Assembly: GCA_965223795.1 (NCBI GenBank)
Contig: CBDCXL010000001.1
Location: forward strand, 32,001 to 96,000
DNA: 64,000 nucleotides
Direction: 5' to 3'
Origin: Nitrospinales bacterium
GTDB lineage: Bacteria > Nitrospinota > Nitrospinia > Nitrospinales > VA-1
The stretch's first letter is position 1, and every line of letters begins with the position of its first letter. Both the position numbers and the translations under genes were made by a program. Shown here in pieces: positions 53,703-63,388 of the stretch. A model generated the notes under the pieces. The model had not been told where the DNA came from. It made no database searches and worked only from the letters and a program-made list of their open reading frames with translations.

Positions 53703-55460
53703 ATGTCCTTCCAGTTATACAAACGCCTGTTTTCCTTCATCCGGCCTTATTTCCCGAAGCTGCTGCTGGCGATCCTGTTTTCCATCGGCGTCGGCGCCAT
53801 CGCCACGTCACCGGTGCCCATCATTCAGAAAACCTTCGATAAAATATTCGTCGAAAAAGACGCGTTGATGCTGACGGTGCTGCCGCTGGCGCTCGCGGGT
53901 CTTTATTTCCTGAAAGGCATTCTGCAGTACACGGCCAATCGCATCATCCTGGGTATCTCGTGGGAGCTGGTGGTCTCGGTGCGGCAGAAGCTGTTCGCGC
54001 ACATCCACCGGCTGCCGTTCGATTTTTTCGAGGCGCACGAGACCGGGCACCTGATTTCCCGCATCATCAACGACGTGACGATCATGCAGTCGACGGTGAC
54101 GCGGCTGCTCAAGGAATTCATGCAGAACAGCGTCATGGCGATCGCCCTGATCGGCTGGGTGTTCTATCTCAAGTGGCAGTGGGCGCTGGCGGCGCTGGTC
54201 GTCTTTCCGTTGATGGCGCTTCCCATCTCCAGTATTTCCAGAAAGCTCAAACGGCTGAGCCACCGGGGGCAGGAAATCCTGGCGGACATCAACTCGACGA
54301 TTCTCGAATCGATCTCCGGCGTCAAGGTGGTGCGGGCGTTCGGCCTGGAGCCGAGGGAGGTGAAAAAATTCGAGGGCTACAGCACGGATTTTCTCACCGT
54401 GATGAAGAAGAACGTGAAGTACATCGAGATCATCTCGCCGCTCATGGAATTTCTCGGTGTGGCGAGCGCGGCGGTGGTGCTGTGGTATGGCGGCAGCCAG
54501 GTGCTGGCGGGCGAGGTGACGCAGGGCACGTTCATCGCGTTCATCGTGGCGCTGTTCATGCTGTACGGTCCGTTGCGGCTGCTGTTCAAGATCTACGCCA
54601 ACTTCCAGGTGGCGCTGGCCGGGGCGGAGCGCGTGTTCGCCGTTCTCGACAAGCCTGTGGAAAAGGACGCGCCGGGCCGGAAAGAGCTCACCGGCTTTCA
54701 GGATCGCATCGAATTTCAAAATGTGTCGTTCCGCTATCCCTCGCGGCAGGCGCTGGTGCTCAAGGACATCGACCTCACGGTGAACAAGTCCGAGGTGCTC
54801 GCCATCGTCGGCATGAGCGGCGCGGGCAAGACCACGCTGGTGGATCTTTTGTTTCGCTACTTCAATCCGACGAGTGGCGCGATCCGGATCGACGGCACCG
54901 ACATTCGGGAATTCTCGCACGTGTCGCTGCGCAAGAACCTGGCGCTGGTCACGCAGGAGACGTTTCTGTTCAACGACACGATCGCCAACAACATCGCGTT
55001 CGGCCGGCCGGACGCCACGTACGCGGAAATCCTCGAAGCGGCGCAGGCCGCGCATGTGGACACGTTCGCGTCCGCCCTGGACGACGGCTACGACACGATG
55101 ATCGGCGAACGCGGCGTCAAGCTTTCGGGCGGGCAGCGGCAGCGCATCGCCATCGCCCGCGCCATTCTGCGCGACGCGCCCATCCTGGTGCTGGACGAGG
55201 CCACCTCGTCGCTCGATTCGGAATCGGAAAAACTGGTGCAGGATGCGCTCAAGCGGCTGATGCAGCACCGCACGACCTTCGTCATCGCGCACCGGCTGTC
55301 CACGATCAAGCACGCGGACCGCATCGTGGTGCTCGACGCCGGGGAGATCGTCGAGACCGGGACGCACGACACGCTGCTCGAACGCAGCGGCCTGTACCAG
55401 AAATATTTCGAGATGCAGTTTGTCGATGTGGGCGAACTGGGCAAGCGGACGAAAGGCTGA
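53703..55460 (+). CDS. msbA: MsbA-like ABC exporter (permease/ATPase)
   Basis: TM domain with TGHLISRIINDV, Walker A GMSGAGKT, LSGGQRQR, LDEATSSLD, AHRLST. Confidence 0.8.
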   Translation: MSFQLYKRLFSFIRPYFPKLLLAILFSIGVGAIATSPVPIIQKTFDKIFVEKDALMLTVLPLALAGLYFLKGILQYTANRIILGISWELVVSVRQKLFAHIHRLPFDFFEAHETGHLISRIINDVTIMQSTVTRLLKEFMQNSVMAIALIGWVFYLKWQWALAALVVFPLMALPISSISRKLKRLSHRGQEILADINSTILESISGVKVVRAFGLEPREVKKFEGYSTDFLTVMKKNVKYIEIISPLMEFLGVASAAVVLWYGGSQVLAGEVTQGTFIAFIVALFMLYGPLRLLFKIYANFQVALAGAERVFAVLDKPVEKDAPGRKELTGFQDRIEFQNVSFRYPSRQALVLKDIDLTVNKSEVLAIVGMSGAGKTTLVDLLFRYFNPTSGAIRIDGTDIREFSHVSLRKNLALVTQETFLFNDTIANNIAFGRPDATYAEILEAAQAAHVDTFASALDDGYDTMIGERGVKLSGGQRQRIAIARAILRDAPILVLDEATSSLDSESEKLVQDALKRLMQHRTTFVIAHRLSTIKHADRIVVLDAGEIVETGTHDTLLERSGLYQKYFEMQFVDVGELGKRTKG

Positions 55461-55465
55461 GCCGC

Positions 55466-56512
55466 ATGCGTTTTGAAAAAGTCTGCATCGAAGCGTTGGG
55501 GTATCACCTGCCGGACAACCGCGTCACGTCCGACGATCTGGAACGCCGGCTGGCGCCGCTCTATGAGCGGTTGAAGCTGCCGTTCGGGCGGCTGGAGATG
55601 ATGAGCGGCATCCGCGAGCGGCGCTTCTGGGACAAGGGGGTGTTTCCCAGCGAAATCGCTTCCGTCGCGGGCGAGCGGACCCTCGAAAAATCCGGCATCG
55701 ACCGCTCCCGCATCCAGTGTCTGATATCGGCCTCGGTGTGCCGCGATTTTCTCGAACCGGCCACCGCTTCCTTGATCCACCACAACCTCGGACTGCCCCG
55801 GCAGGCCTACGTGTTCGATCTGTCCAACGCCTGTCTGGGCGTGCTCAACGGTATCGTGCACATCGCCACGATGATCGAAATGGGACAGATTGAGGCCGGG
55901 CTCGTGGTGGCGGGCGAGAACGGCGGCCCGCTGGTGCTCAACACGATCGATACGCTGCTGTCGCGTCCCGATGTGACGCGCAACGAGATCAAATCCTCCT
56001 TCGCGTCGCTCACCATCGGCTCCGCCGCCGTGGGCGTGCTGCTGACGCACGCGGACCTGTCCCGCACCGGGCACCGCCTGCTGGGCGGCGCTTCCTATGC
56101 CGCGACCGAGTTCAACGACCTGTGCCGCGGCAACGACGACAGCGGCGCGGCTTCGGACTGGGCCCCGCTCATGGAAACCGATTCGGAGCGGCTGATGCGC
56201 GAAGGCTGCAAGCTCGCCGGGGAAACCTGGCACGGCGTGCGCGGCATCCTGGGCTGGCATAACGAGGACGTGGACCGGGTGTTCTGCCATCAGGTGGGTT
56301 CCATGCACCGCAAGCTGTTGTATGAAACCGTGGGGCTGCCGCTGGAAAAGGATTTTTCCACGCTGGAATTTCTCGGCAACACGGGAGCCGCGTCGCTGCC
56401 GGTCACACTGGCCTTGGGGGAGGAGCAAAACGCCATTAAACGCGGCGACAAGGCGGCCCTGCTCGGCATCGGCAGCGGCCTCAACTGCCTGATGCTCGGC
56501 GTGCAATGGTGA
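55466..56512 (+). CDS. oleA: OleA-type thiolase-fold acyl-CoA condensing enzyme
   Basis: SVCRDFLEPATAS (catalytic Glu), NACLG (Cys), HQV (His), and the C-terminal LLGIGSGLNC...W typical of OleA. Confidence 0.85.
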   Translation: MRFEKVCIEALGYHLPDNRVTSDDLERRLAPLYERLKLPFGRLEMMSGIRERRFWDKGVFPSEIASVAGERTLEKSGIDRSRIQCLISASVCRDFLEPATASLIHHNLGLPRQAYVFDLSNACLGVLNGIVHIATMIEMGQIEAGLVVAGENGGPLVLNTIDTLLSRPDVTRNEIKSSFASLTIGSAAVGVLLTHADLSRTGHRLLGGASYAATEFNDLCRGNDDSGAASDWAPLMETDSERLMREGCKLAGETWHGVRGILGWHNEDVDRVFCHQVGSMHRKLLYETVGLPLEKDFSTLEFLGNTGAASLPVTLALGEEQNAIKRGDKAALLGIGSGLNCLMLGVQW

Positions 56513-57387
56513 GCGAAGCGTTCCGCGCACTGTATCCTTACGAGTCCCGCTACCTGAAACTGGGAACGCTGGGCTACCATTATCTGGACGAGGGCAAGGG
56601 CGACGTGCTGCTGATGCTGCACGGCAACCCCACCTGGTCGTTCCATTTCCGCAATCTGATATTGGGGCTGCGTCACCGCTACCGCTGCGTGGTTCCCGAC
56701 CACATCGGCTGCGGCTTTTCCGACAAGCCGCTCGACTACAATTACACCCTGTCACAGCACATCGACAACCTGGAAGCGCTGGCCGATTCGCTGAAATTGA
56801 AAAACATCACGCTGGTGATGCACGACTGGGGCGGCGCCATCGGCATGGGCTTCGCGGTGCGGCGGCCCGACGCGGTGCGCCGGCTGGTGGTGTTCAACAC
56901 GGCGGCGTTTCTTTCCGACCGCATTCCATTCAGCATCGACCTGTGCCGGCATCCGAAGTTCGGCCCGTTCGCGGTGCTCAAGCTCAACGCCTTTGTGCGC
57001 GGTGCGCTGATCCGTGCCCCAAAACACAAGGACCGCATGACGCGCGACGTGAAGGCGGGCTACCTGTCGCCGTACCCGACTCCGGAAAGCCGCATCGGCA
57101 TTCTGCGTTTCGTGCAGGACATCCCGATGACGCCGGACATTCCCAGCTATCCCGTGGTGAAGGACATGCAGGACAACCTGGCCTGGTTCCGCGACCGGCC
57201 GACGCTCATCGTCTGGGGGAAAAAGGATTTCTGCTTCACCGGCCATTTTCTGAAGCGCTGGAAGGAATACCTGCCGGACGCCGAGGTGCACGAAGTGGCG
57301 GACGCGGGGCATTTCGTGGTGGAGGACGCCTACGAGCGCATCGTGCCCTGGATGCTGGCGTTTCTGGAGCGCCATCCGGCCGGATGA
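56506..57387 (+). CDS. oleB: OleB-type beta-lactone decarboxylase (haloalkane dehalogenase-like alpha/beta hydrolase)
   Basis: HGNPTWSF, HDWGG, FVQDIP, WGKKDFCF, AGHFVVED. Overlaps the oleA stop. Confidence 0.82.
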   Translation: MVSEAFRALYPYESRYLKLGTLGYHYLDEGKGDVLLMLHGNPTWSFHFRNLILGLRHRYRCVVPDHIGCGFSDKPLDYNYTLSQHIDNLEALADSLKLKNITLVMHDWGGAIGMGFAVRRPDAVRRLVVFNTAAFLSDRIPFSIDLCRHPKFGPFAVLKLNAFVRGALIRAPKHKDRMTRDVKAGYLSPYPTPESRIGILRFVQDIPMTPDIPSYPVVKDMQDNLAWFRDRPTLIVWGKKDFCFTGHFLKRWKEYLPDAEVHEVADAGHFVVEDAYERIVPWMLAFLERHPAG

Positions 57388-57457
57388 AACCGCTATCGGA
57401 GCCGGTATTCTGACAATGGGGCTTGACAACGCTCCGGCCGCGGGGTATCTCTTGAGC

Positions 57458-57871
57458 ATGCGCAAAGTTTCCCACATGCTGCCGAAGGCCGTATTTTTGC
57501 TGGTTCTGCTGGGCTTTCTGTTTCCCATGAAAGCGCCGGCTTCCATGGCCAAGGGAAAGATGTGCTGCAAGGGCACCTGCTGGATGAAGGCCGCGCCCGT
57601 GAAGGTGTCGGGTGAGCGCCACGGCAAACGGATGATTTCCTGCTGCCAGAAAAACTGCGCGGGTGTTTCCGACCGCAGAGCGGTGCCGCCGTCCATCCAG
57701 ACCCAATCTAAAGTTATCGCGAAAACTTTGAACTCCGGCGACGCTTTGCTGTCGCAGTTGTCGCCGCCGGAAGCCGGTTCCGGGCGGCTGTATTTTCCGC
57801 TTCACTTTCCTCTGAACCGCAACGGGACATCCCGTCCCCTTTTTCAGGTGCATTCCGTCTACCTGATTTGA
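57458..57871 (+). CDS. Cys-rich exported hypothetical protein (candidate metal-sensing leader)
   Basis: Signal peptide, CCKGTC and CCQKNC, Pro-rich tail ending PLFQVHSVYLI. Confidence 0.65.
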   Translation: MRKVSHMLPKAVFLLVLLGFLFPMKAPASMAKGKMCCKGTCWMKAAPVKVSGERHGKRMISCCQKNCAGVSDRRAVPPSIQTQSKVIAKTLNSGDALLSQLSPPEAGSGRLYFPLHFPLNRNGTSRPLFQVHSVYLI

Positions 57872-57962
57872 GATCCCGCCTTTTTTGAATCCCTGATTAA
57901 TCCATTCTTTCCTGTTTATCACAGGGAGAAGACCGTTCTGATTTAAAAAAGGAAGGTGCGAC

Positions 57963-58868
57963 ATGAGATCGATTTCCATACGCCGGATGATTCCGGCGGC
58001 ACTGACAGTCTGCATGGCTTTGACCTCCGTTCCCGCCCAGGCGCTGCCCATCAACAGCGACCTGGGGTTGACGCCGCACAAGGGGGAATTCATTTTCCGC
58101 ATTCAGGGGAAATACCTCCGCAAGGGCGAGGATCCCACGGGGCAGGGGCGGACCGTGGATGAGTACGTGGTTCCCTTTGTCGGCGTGTACGGATTCACGT
58201 CCAAAACCTCCATGCTCGTCAATCTGCCCTACATCCACCGGGAACTGAAATCCCCGAACAGCGCCCGCCGCCGCGATCACGGCATCGGCGATCTGACCCT
58301 GCTTGGCAAACACCGGATCTTCACGCATAATTTCAAAGGCGGGACGTCGCGGCTGTCGCTCATTGGCGGGCTGGAACTGCCCACCGGGGACGACGATGAG
58401 GCCGACTCCCAGGGGCCGCTGCCCAAGTCGCTGCAACTGGGATCGGGGTCGGTGGATTTTCAGGCCGGCGGGGCGTTCACGTATCAGACCCTGGATCACG
58501 AACTGGACGCGGATCTGCGCTATATCTTCAATCAGGAAGCCAACGATTTTGAGTTCGGCGATGTGTTCCGTTACAACCTGGCGTACCAGCGGCGGATCTG
58601 GCCGTCCATCCTTCCGGACAAGGGGATTTACAGCCAGTGGAACGCGGTTCTGGAGCTCAACGGCCTGTATGAACAGCGGGCCGAGTCCCAGGGCAACGAC
58701 GTCGCCAACTCCGGCGGGCACACTCTGTACCTGTCTCCGGGGATTCAGTTCGTCAGCAAACGGGCGGTGTATGAGTTTTCCTTTCAGTATCCGATCGTGC
58801 AGGAGCTGAACGGCCTGCAACTGGAGGCGGATTATTCGCTGGTTCTCAGTTTCCGTTATATTTTATAA
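57963..58868 (+). CDS. Putative outer-membrane beta-barrel transporter (phenol_MetA_deg-like)
   Basis: Signal peptide, GIGDLTL, LELPTG, QLGSGSVD, LYLSPGIQF, alternating beta-strand pattern. Confidence 0.7.
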   Translation: MRSISIRRMIPAALTVCMALTSVPAQALPINSDLGLTPHKGEFIFRIQGKYLRKGEDPTGQGRTVDEYVVPFVGVYGFTSKTSMLVNLPYIHRELKSPNSARRRDHGIGDLTLLGKHRIFTHNFKGGTSRLSLIGGLELPTGDDDEADSQGPLPKSLQLGSGSVDFQAGGAFTYQTLDHELDADLRYIFNQEANDFEFGDVFRYNLAYQRRIWPSILPDKGIYSQWNAVLELNGLYEQRAESQGNDVANSGGHTLYLSPGIQFVSKRAVYEFSFQYPIVQELNGLQLEADYSLVLSFRYIL

Positions 58869-58911
58869 ACATCGCTTGCGAGCAAGCGGTTTTCCGATAG
58901 GAGTGTGAGCC

Positions 58912-59238
58912 GTGAATAAAAATCTGAAACCTTTTACCGCTGTCTTGTTTTTCGTGCTGCTGTTTCATGGGTTGCCTGTATGGGCGAATAAGACCGTCGA
59001 TGTCATCACCATCAAGGTGGAGGGGCTGTACTGCCCGTTCTGCGCCTACGGTCTGGAAAAGCAGTTGAAGAAGCTCGATGGCTACCAGAAGGTGGAGGTC
59101 AACCTCAAGCACGGGGTGGCCGAGTTGTACGTCGATTCCAGCGCCGCGATTTCGGATACGAGCATCCGCAAGGCGGTGGAGGATGCCGGGTTCGATTCCG
59201 CTTCCATCGAGAGACGCAGGGTGGAGCCTAAAGAATGA
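58912..59238 (+). CDS. Periplasmic heavy-metal-associated (HMA) domain protein
   Basis: Signal peptide, VEGLYCPFCAYGLEK, AVEDAGF. Confidence 0.88.
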   Translation: MNKNLKPFTAVLFFVLLFHGLPVWANKTVDVITIKVEGLYCPFCAYGLEKQLKKLDGYQKVEVNLKHGVAELYVDSSAAISDTSIRKAVEDAGFDSASIERRRVEPKE

Positions 59239-60248
59239 AGCGGATCGTTCGGCTGTCGGTCGTTCTCATTGTGCTTGTGCTGGCAGCCGAAGTTCACGGG
59301 CAGTCCGCCTCCCTTTCTTCCGTTTTCGAATTCGGGAAAAAGGGAGGCGGTCCCGGTGAATTCAACGAGCCGTTCGCGATCGCGCTGGATCGCTCCGGGC
59401 GCGTGTTCGCCGCCGATGCCCGCAACCACCGGGTCCAGGTGTTCGATGCCAGCGGGCGGTTTGTCGAGCAGTGGGGCAGCCAGGGGGACGGGCCGGGGCA
59501 ATTTGAAAAACCGTCCGGCATCGCGGTCGATCCTCAGGGAAACGTGTACGTGGCCGATTACGACCTCGACCGCATTCAGAAATTCGATGCCCGGGGGACG
59601 TTACTCCGGCAATGGGGCAGCGCGGGTTCCGGGCCGGGGCAGTTCAATTCGCCGACGGGGCTGGCGGCCGATTCCGCCGGGCAGGTTTACGTGGCGGACA
59701 TGTACAACCACCGCGTGCAGAAATTCGATGCGCAGGGAAACCTGCTACGTCACTGGGGTTCGTACCACCCGATTTCGGTGATCAAATCTTTTTTCAATTT
59801 TCTGTTCTGCCGGGAAGCCGAAGGGCTGTTCAATTACCCCGCCCGCATTGCCGTGGACGGAGAGGACCGCGTATTCGTTTCGGATTCCTACAACAACCGG
59901 GTGCAGGTGTTTTCCGGCGAGGGGGAATTTATCTCCCAATTCGGCGGCGTGGGTTCCTGGGGAGGGCGTTTTCGAGTGAGCTCGGGCGTTGCCGTAGGGC
60001 CAGAGGGCCGTGTGTTCGCGGCGGATTTTTACAACCACCGCGTGCAGGTGTTTTCCGGGGACGGCGATTTTCTTGCTGAGCTGGGTGGAGAGGGCAGCGC
60101 GCCGGGTCAGTTCCGGGGGCCCACCGATCTGGCCGTGGATGCTTCGGGGCGGGTGTGGGTCGCGGACTGGGACAACCACCGCGTGCAGGTTTTGCAATGG
60201 CTGGATGGGGATGTGAACGTCTCCGCGCAAACGCTGTCCGATGAATGA
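59235..60248 (+). CDS. Exported NHL-repeat beta-propeller protein
   Basis: Six repeats of GQFxxPxGIAVD...YVADxxNHRVQxF after a signal peptide. Confidence 0.9.
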   Translation: MKRIVRLSVVLIVLVLAAEVHGQSASLSSVFEFGKKGGGPGEFNEPFAIALDRSGRVFAADARNHRVQVFDASGRFVEQWGSQGDGPGQFEKPSGIAVDPQGNVYVADYDLDRIQKFDARGTLLRQWGSAGSGPGQFNSPTGLAADSAGQVYVADMYNHRVQKFDAQGNLLRHWGSYHPISVIKSFFNFLFCREAEGLFNYPARIAVDGEDRVFVSDSYNNRVQVFSGEGEFISQFGGVGSWGGRFRVSSGVAVGPEGRVFAADFYNHRVQVFSGDGDFLAELGGEGSAPGQFRGPTDLAVDASGRVWVADWDNHRVQVLQWLDGDVNVSAQTLSDE

Positions 60249-60254
60249 ATCCGC

Positions 60255-60581
60255 ATGAAGATCGAATTTTTCTATTTTACCGAGTGCGCGAATCACGAAG
60301 CGGCCTGGCTGCGTTTGCGGCAGGTTCTGAAACAGGAACATATTGAGGCCGATGTCACCAGGATAGACGTGACCTCGGAGGACATGGCTCAAGCGTGCCG
60401 GTTTCCCGGATCGCCGACGATCCGCATAAACGGAATCGACATCGATCCGCAAGCGCCCGCGGAATTCGGCATGAAATGCAGAATCTACCCGACTGCGGAA
60501 GGGCCTTCCGGCATTCCTGCGGAAGCGATGATCCGGGAAGCTCTTCGCAAAACGGGAAACAAGGGAAAAGGCGGGCAATAA
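60255..60581 (+). CDS. Thioredoxin-fold small protein (DUF2703 / DF-family-like)
   Basis: YFTECANH, FPGSPTIRING.D, CRIY. Confidence 0.7.
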   Translation: MKIEFFYFTECANHEAAWLRLRQVLKQEHIEADVTRIDVTSEDMAQACRFPGSPTIRINGIDIDPQAPAEFGMKCRIYPTAEGPSGIPAEAMIREALRKTGNKGKGGQ

Positions 60582-60610
60582 AAAATCCCCTCCCCGGCGG
60601 GGGAGGGGAT
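60579..60610 (-). terminator. Intrinsic terminator of ahcY (possibly bidirectional)
   Basis: atcccctcccc-ggcg-ggggaggggat 11-bp stem, with a T tract on the minus strand. Confidence 0.85.
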
Positions 60611-60629
60611 GCGTGTTTGTTCGTTTGGC

Positions 60630-61937
60630 TCAGTAGCGGTAGAACTCCGGCTTGTAGGGGCCTTCGACCGGGATATTGAGGTATTCGGCCTGGTCCTTGG
60701 TGAGCTTAGTCAGCTTGACGCCCAGCTTATCCAGATGCAGCCGCGCCACTTCCTCGTCGAGCTTTTTCGGCAGCGTGTAGACGCCGATCTCGTATTTGTT
60801 CTTGTACAGCTCGATCTGCGCCAGCACCTGATTGGTGAAGGAGTTGGACATCACGAACGAGGGATGGCCGGTGGCGCAGCCCAGGTTCACCAGCCGCCCT
60901 TCCGCCAGCAGGATGATGCTGTTGCCGTTGGGAAAGGTGTACTTGTCCACCTGCGGCTTGATGTTGGTCTTCTGGATTTTCGGGAAATTGTTCAGCTGCT
61001 CCACCTGGATCTCGATGTCGAAATGGCCGATGTTGCAGACGATGGCGTCGTCCTTCATCTTTTCCATGTGCTCGATGCGGACGATGTCCTTGCAGCCGGT
61101 GGTGGTGACGAAGATGTTGCCTTCGTTCACCGCGTCTTCCATCGTGGTGACCTCGTAGCCTTCCATCGCCGCCTGCAGGGCGCAGATCGGGTCGATTTCG
61201 GTGACCAGCACGCGCGCGCCGAGGTCGCGCATGGACTTGGCGCAGCCCTTGCCGACGTCGCCGTAGCCCGCGACCACGACCACCTTGCCCGCCACCATGA
61301 TGTCGGTGGCGCGCTTGATGCCGTCGGCCAGCGATTCGCGGCAGCCGTAGAGGTTGTCGAATTTCGATTTGGTCACCGAGTCGTTGACGTTCATGGCGGG
61401 CGTTTTCAGGGTTTTGTCCTGCACCATCTTGTAGAGCTTGTGCACGCCGGTGGTGGTCTCCTCGGTGATGCCCTTGATCTGCTCCATCAGTTCGGGGTGG
61501 TTCTTGTGCACGTAATAGGTCAGGTCGCCGCCGTCGTCCAGGATCATGTTGGGGCCCTGGTCGTTGTCGAACAGCAGGGTCTGGCCGGTGCACCACCAGT
61601 ATTCGTCCTCGGTTTCCCCCTTCCAGGCGAACACGGGGATGCCCTTTTTCGCGATCGCCGCGGCCGCGTGGTCCTGGGTCGAGAAAATGTTGCAGGAGGC
61701 CCAGCGCACCTCGGCCCCGAGCTCGATCAGTGTTTCGATGAGGACGGCGGTCTGGATGGTCATGTGCAGGGAACCGGCGATCCGCGCGCCTTTGAGCGGC
61801 TTGGACTTTCCGTATTTCTCCCGCAGCGCCATCAATCCGGGCATTTCCTTCTCGGCCAGGATGATTTCCTCGCGTCCCCAGTCGGCAAGGGAAAGATCGG
61901 CTACTTTAAATTTTTCAGCGGCAAGGGCTGTGGACAT
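60630..61937 (-). CDS. ahcY: Adenosylhomocysteinase
   Basis: [53 protein letters not shown] terminus. Confidence 0.98.
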   Translation of the reverse strand: MSTALAAEKFKVADLSLADWGREEIILAEKEMPGLMALREKYGKSKPLKGARIAGSLHMTIQTAVLIETLIELGAEVRWASCNIFSTQDHAAAAIAKKGIPVFAWKGETEDEYWWCTGQTLLFDNDQGPNMILDDGGDLTYYVHKNHPELMEQIKGITEETTTGVHKLYKMVQDKTLKTPAMNVNDSVTKSKFDNLYGCRESLADGIKRATDIMVAGKVVVVAGYGDVGKGCAKSMRDLGARVLVTEIDPICALQAAMEGYEVTTMEDAVNEGNIFVTTTGCKDIVRIEHMEKMKDDAIVCNIGHFDIEIQVEQLNNFPKIQKTNIKPQVDKYTFPNGNSIILLAEGRLVNLGCATGHPSFVMSNSFTNQVLAQIELYKNKYEIGVYTLPKKLDEEVARLHLDKLGVKLTKLTKDQAEYLNIPVEGPYKPEFYRY

Positions 61938-62207
61938 GCGTGACTCCTCCGTGTTTGATGAGTGGTTCGATGTGACGTCGGGCTATTTTTCCCTGGGGTT
62001 CCCAGGGAACCGGTAGTATAACTTCCTGTAAAGGTTTTGGTTAACCGGCGGCAGGTAAGGTCCCAACTCCTTTAGTGTAAAGGAATTTCAGGAAATCGTC
62101 CAGAACAACCTTGGCAAAGGGGCGCAAAAACCGCCCGATCCGCCCTGCGACTGATTTACAGTGAAACCTGGCCCCGAAAACCGGCGGCGAACCCCAGGCG
62201 AGAGAGC

Positions 62208-62522
62208 ATGATCGAAGTCACCGACGTCAAGATCTATCCCTTCGATGTGGGGGATGACGCTTATAACGTAAAAGCTTACGCGGACGTCACGCTGGCGGGC
62301 TGCCTGACGCTGAAAGGCGTCCGCGTCATGGAAACCCGGCACGGCGGGCTGTTCATCAGCTTTCCCTCGCAGCGGGGCCGGCGCGACGGCGAATTTCGCG
62401 ATCTCATCGTGCCGGAGACCGCCGAGTTCAAAGCCTACCTACGCGACCAGGTGGTCGCCGTCTACAAGGAGGCCGTCGGCTGGCAGCCGAAGGACGAACG
62501 GGACCCGCCGGAGGGTGGGTGA
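62208..62522 (+). CDS. spoVG: SpoVG family nucleic-acid-binding protein
   Basis: VTDVKI, KAYADVTL, GLFISFPS, DGEFRD..P. Confidence 0.85.
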   Translation: MIEVTDVKIYPFDVGDDAYNVKAYADVTLAGCLTLKGVRVMETRHGGLFISFPSQRGRRDGEFRDLIVPETAEFKAYLRDQVVAVYKEAVGWQPKDERDPPEGG

Positions 62523-62676
62523 TTGGAAAATCATCCTCGCGCAAAGTCGCCAAGCCACCTTCAGGATCTTGGTAAGCGGGTGCCAAACTATGCTTGGCGA
62601 AGACGCAAAGGAAAGACTTGAGGCGGGGGTGCAGGATAGAAACCTTTGGGTGAAAAGCAAAAACGAAAACCAATTT

Positions 62677-62861
62677 GAACCGCAAAGACGCAAAGGACGC
62701 AAAGCCCCCCTCACCTTCATCCTCTCCCCCCAGAGGGGGGAGAGGAGATTGATTTAAAACTCTCGCGATTGGTTTCAGCCCCCCAACAGGCAAGTAGTTT
62801 TTTTCAAACAAAAAATTTGAAAAACCCCTCTCCCCTGGAGGGAGAGGGCAGGGTGAGGGGG
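62677..62861. repeat. Composite intergenic repeat: family 3 plus an inverted pair of CCCCTCACCC/CCTCTCCC (family 2) elements
   Basis: ccccctcaccttcatcctctccccccagaggggggagagg (62705-62745) and cccctctcccctggagggagagggcagggtgaggggg (62825-62861). Confidence 0.8.
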
Positions 62862-62898
62862 AATGAAAAAGATACTATCGTTTGCAGTTTTCTCGATA

Positions 62899-63357
62899 TT
62901 AGTTTGAAGCAGATTCAACGAGACAAATTTGACTGTTTTCTTCATCTACAAGAACGGCAACGATGGGGATGTCAACCCTTCCATTATGATTATCATCAAT
63001 ACTTTTCCATGCTGATGACAGAACCTCATATTCGGAATATTTTTTGGACAAATTTGTTAATTTCTCAATGAAATCGTTATAAGTGACAGAAGACGGTAAG
63101 GATTCTTGGTTTTCCGGTGGATGCTCAGTAATAAAACATAGTTCTGGATCTTTTTTATCTAGTGCAATCTCAAGAATGGGTTTGTCAATTTTTTCACAGG
63201 CATTGAATTCCTTTTCATTTTTCGGCATTTCAATTCTGATAAATTCTTTTTTTGATTGATCGAATTTTCCGAAATGAGTTGCAACCAAAGTGTAATTTTT
63301 GAACTTTTCTTCATCTAAATTTAATTCTTTTATTAGTTCTAAAAGATGTTTCAGCAT
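62899..63357 (-). CDS. Hypothetical protein (AT-rich)
   Basis: 152-aa ORF in very AT-rich DNA, where a long ORF is unlikely by chance. Confidence 0.65.
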   Translation of the reverse strand: MLKHLLELIKELNLDEEKFKNYTLVATHFGKFDQSKKEFIRIEMPKNEKEFNACEKIDKPILEIALDKKDPELCFITEHPPENQESLPSSVTYNDFIEKLTNLSKKYSEYEVLSSAWKSIDDNHNGRVDIPIVAVLVDEENSQICLVESASN

Positions 63358-63388
63358 TTAGTTTTTTCTTCACTTAAGTGGAGTAAGA

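Noticed and set aside
53960..56512. 850-aa ORF suggesting a large fusion ending in OleA (likewise 26741..28699 for the FGE protein)
   Set aside because: The upstream part is an off-frame overlap of msbA (or thrC). The real starts are 55466 and 27920.
60255..60581. Selenoprotein (TGA readthrough) in the thioredoxin-like or HMA gene
   Set aside because: The cysteines are encoded by TGC and the ORFs are uninterrupted.
61938..62207. SAH or SAM riboswitch upstream of ahcY
   Set aside because: The SAH core (GAGGAGCG...AGGCTC...CGCTC) is not visible. Only a simple hairpin (ttccctggg/cccagggaa) and a TATACT -10-like box are present.
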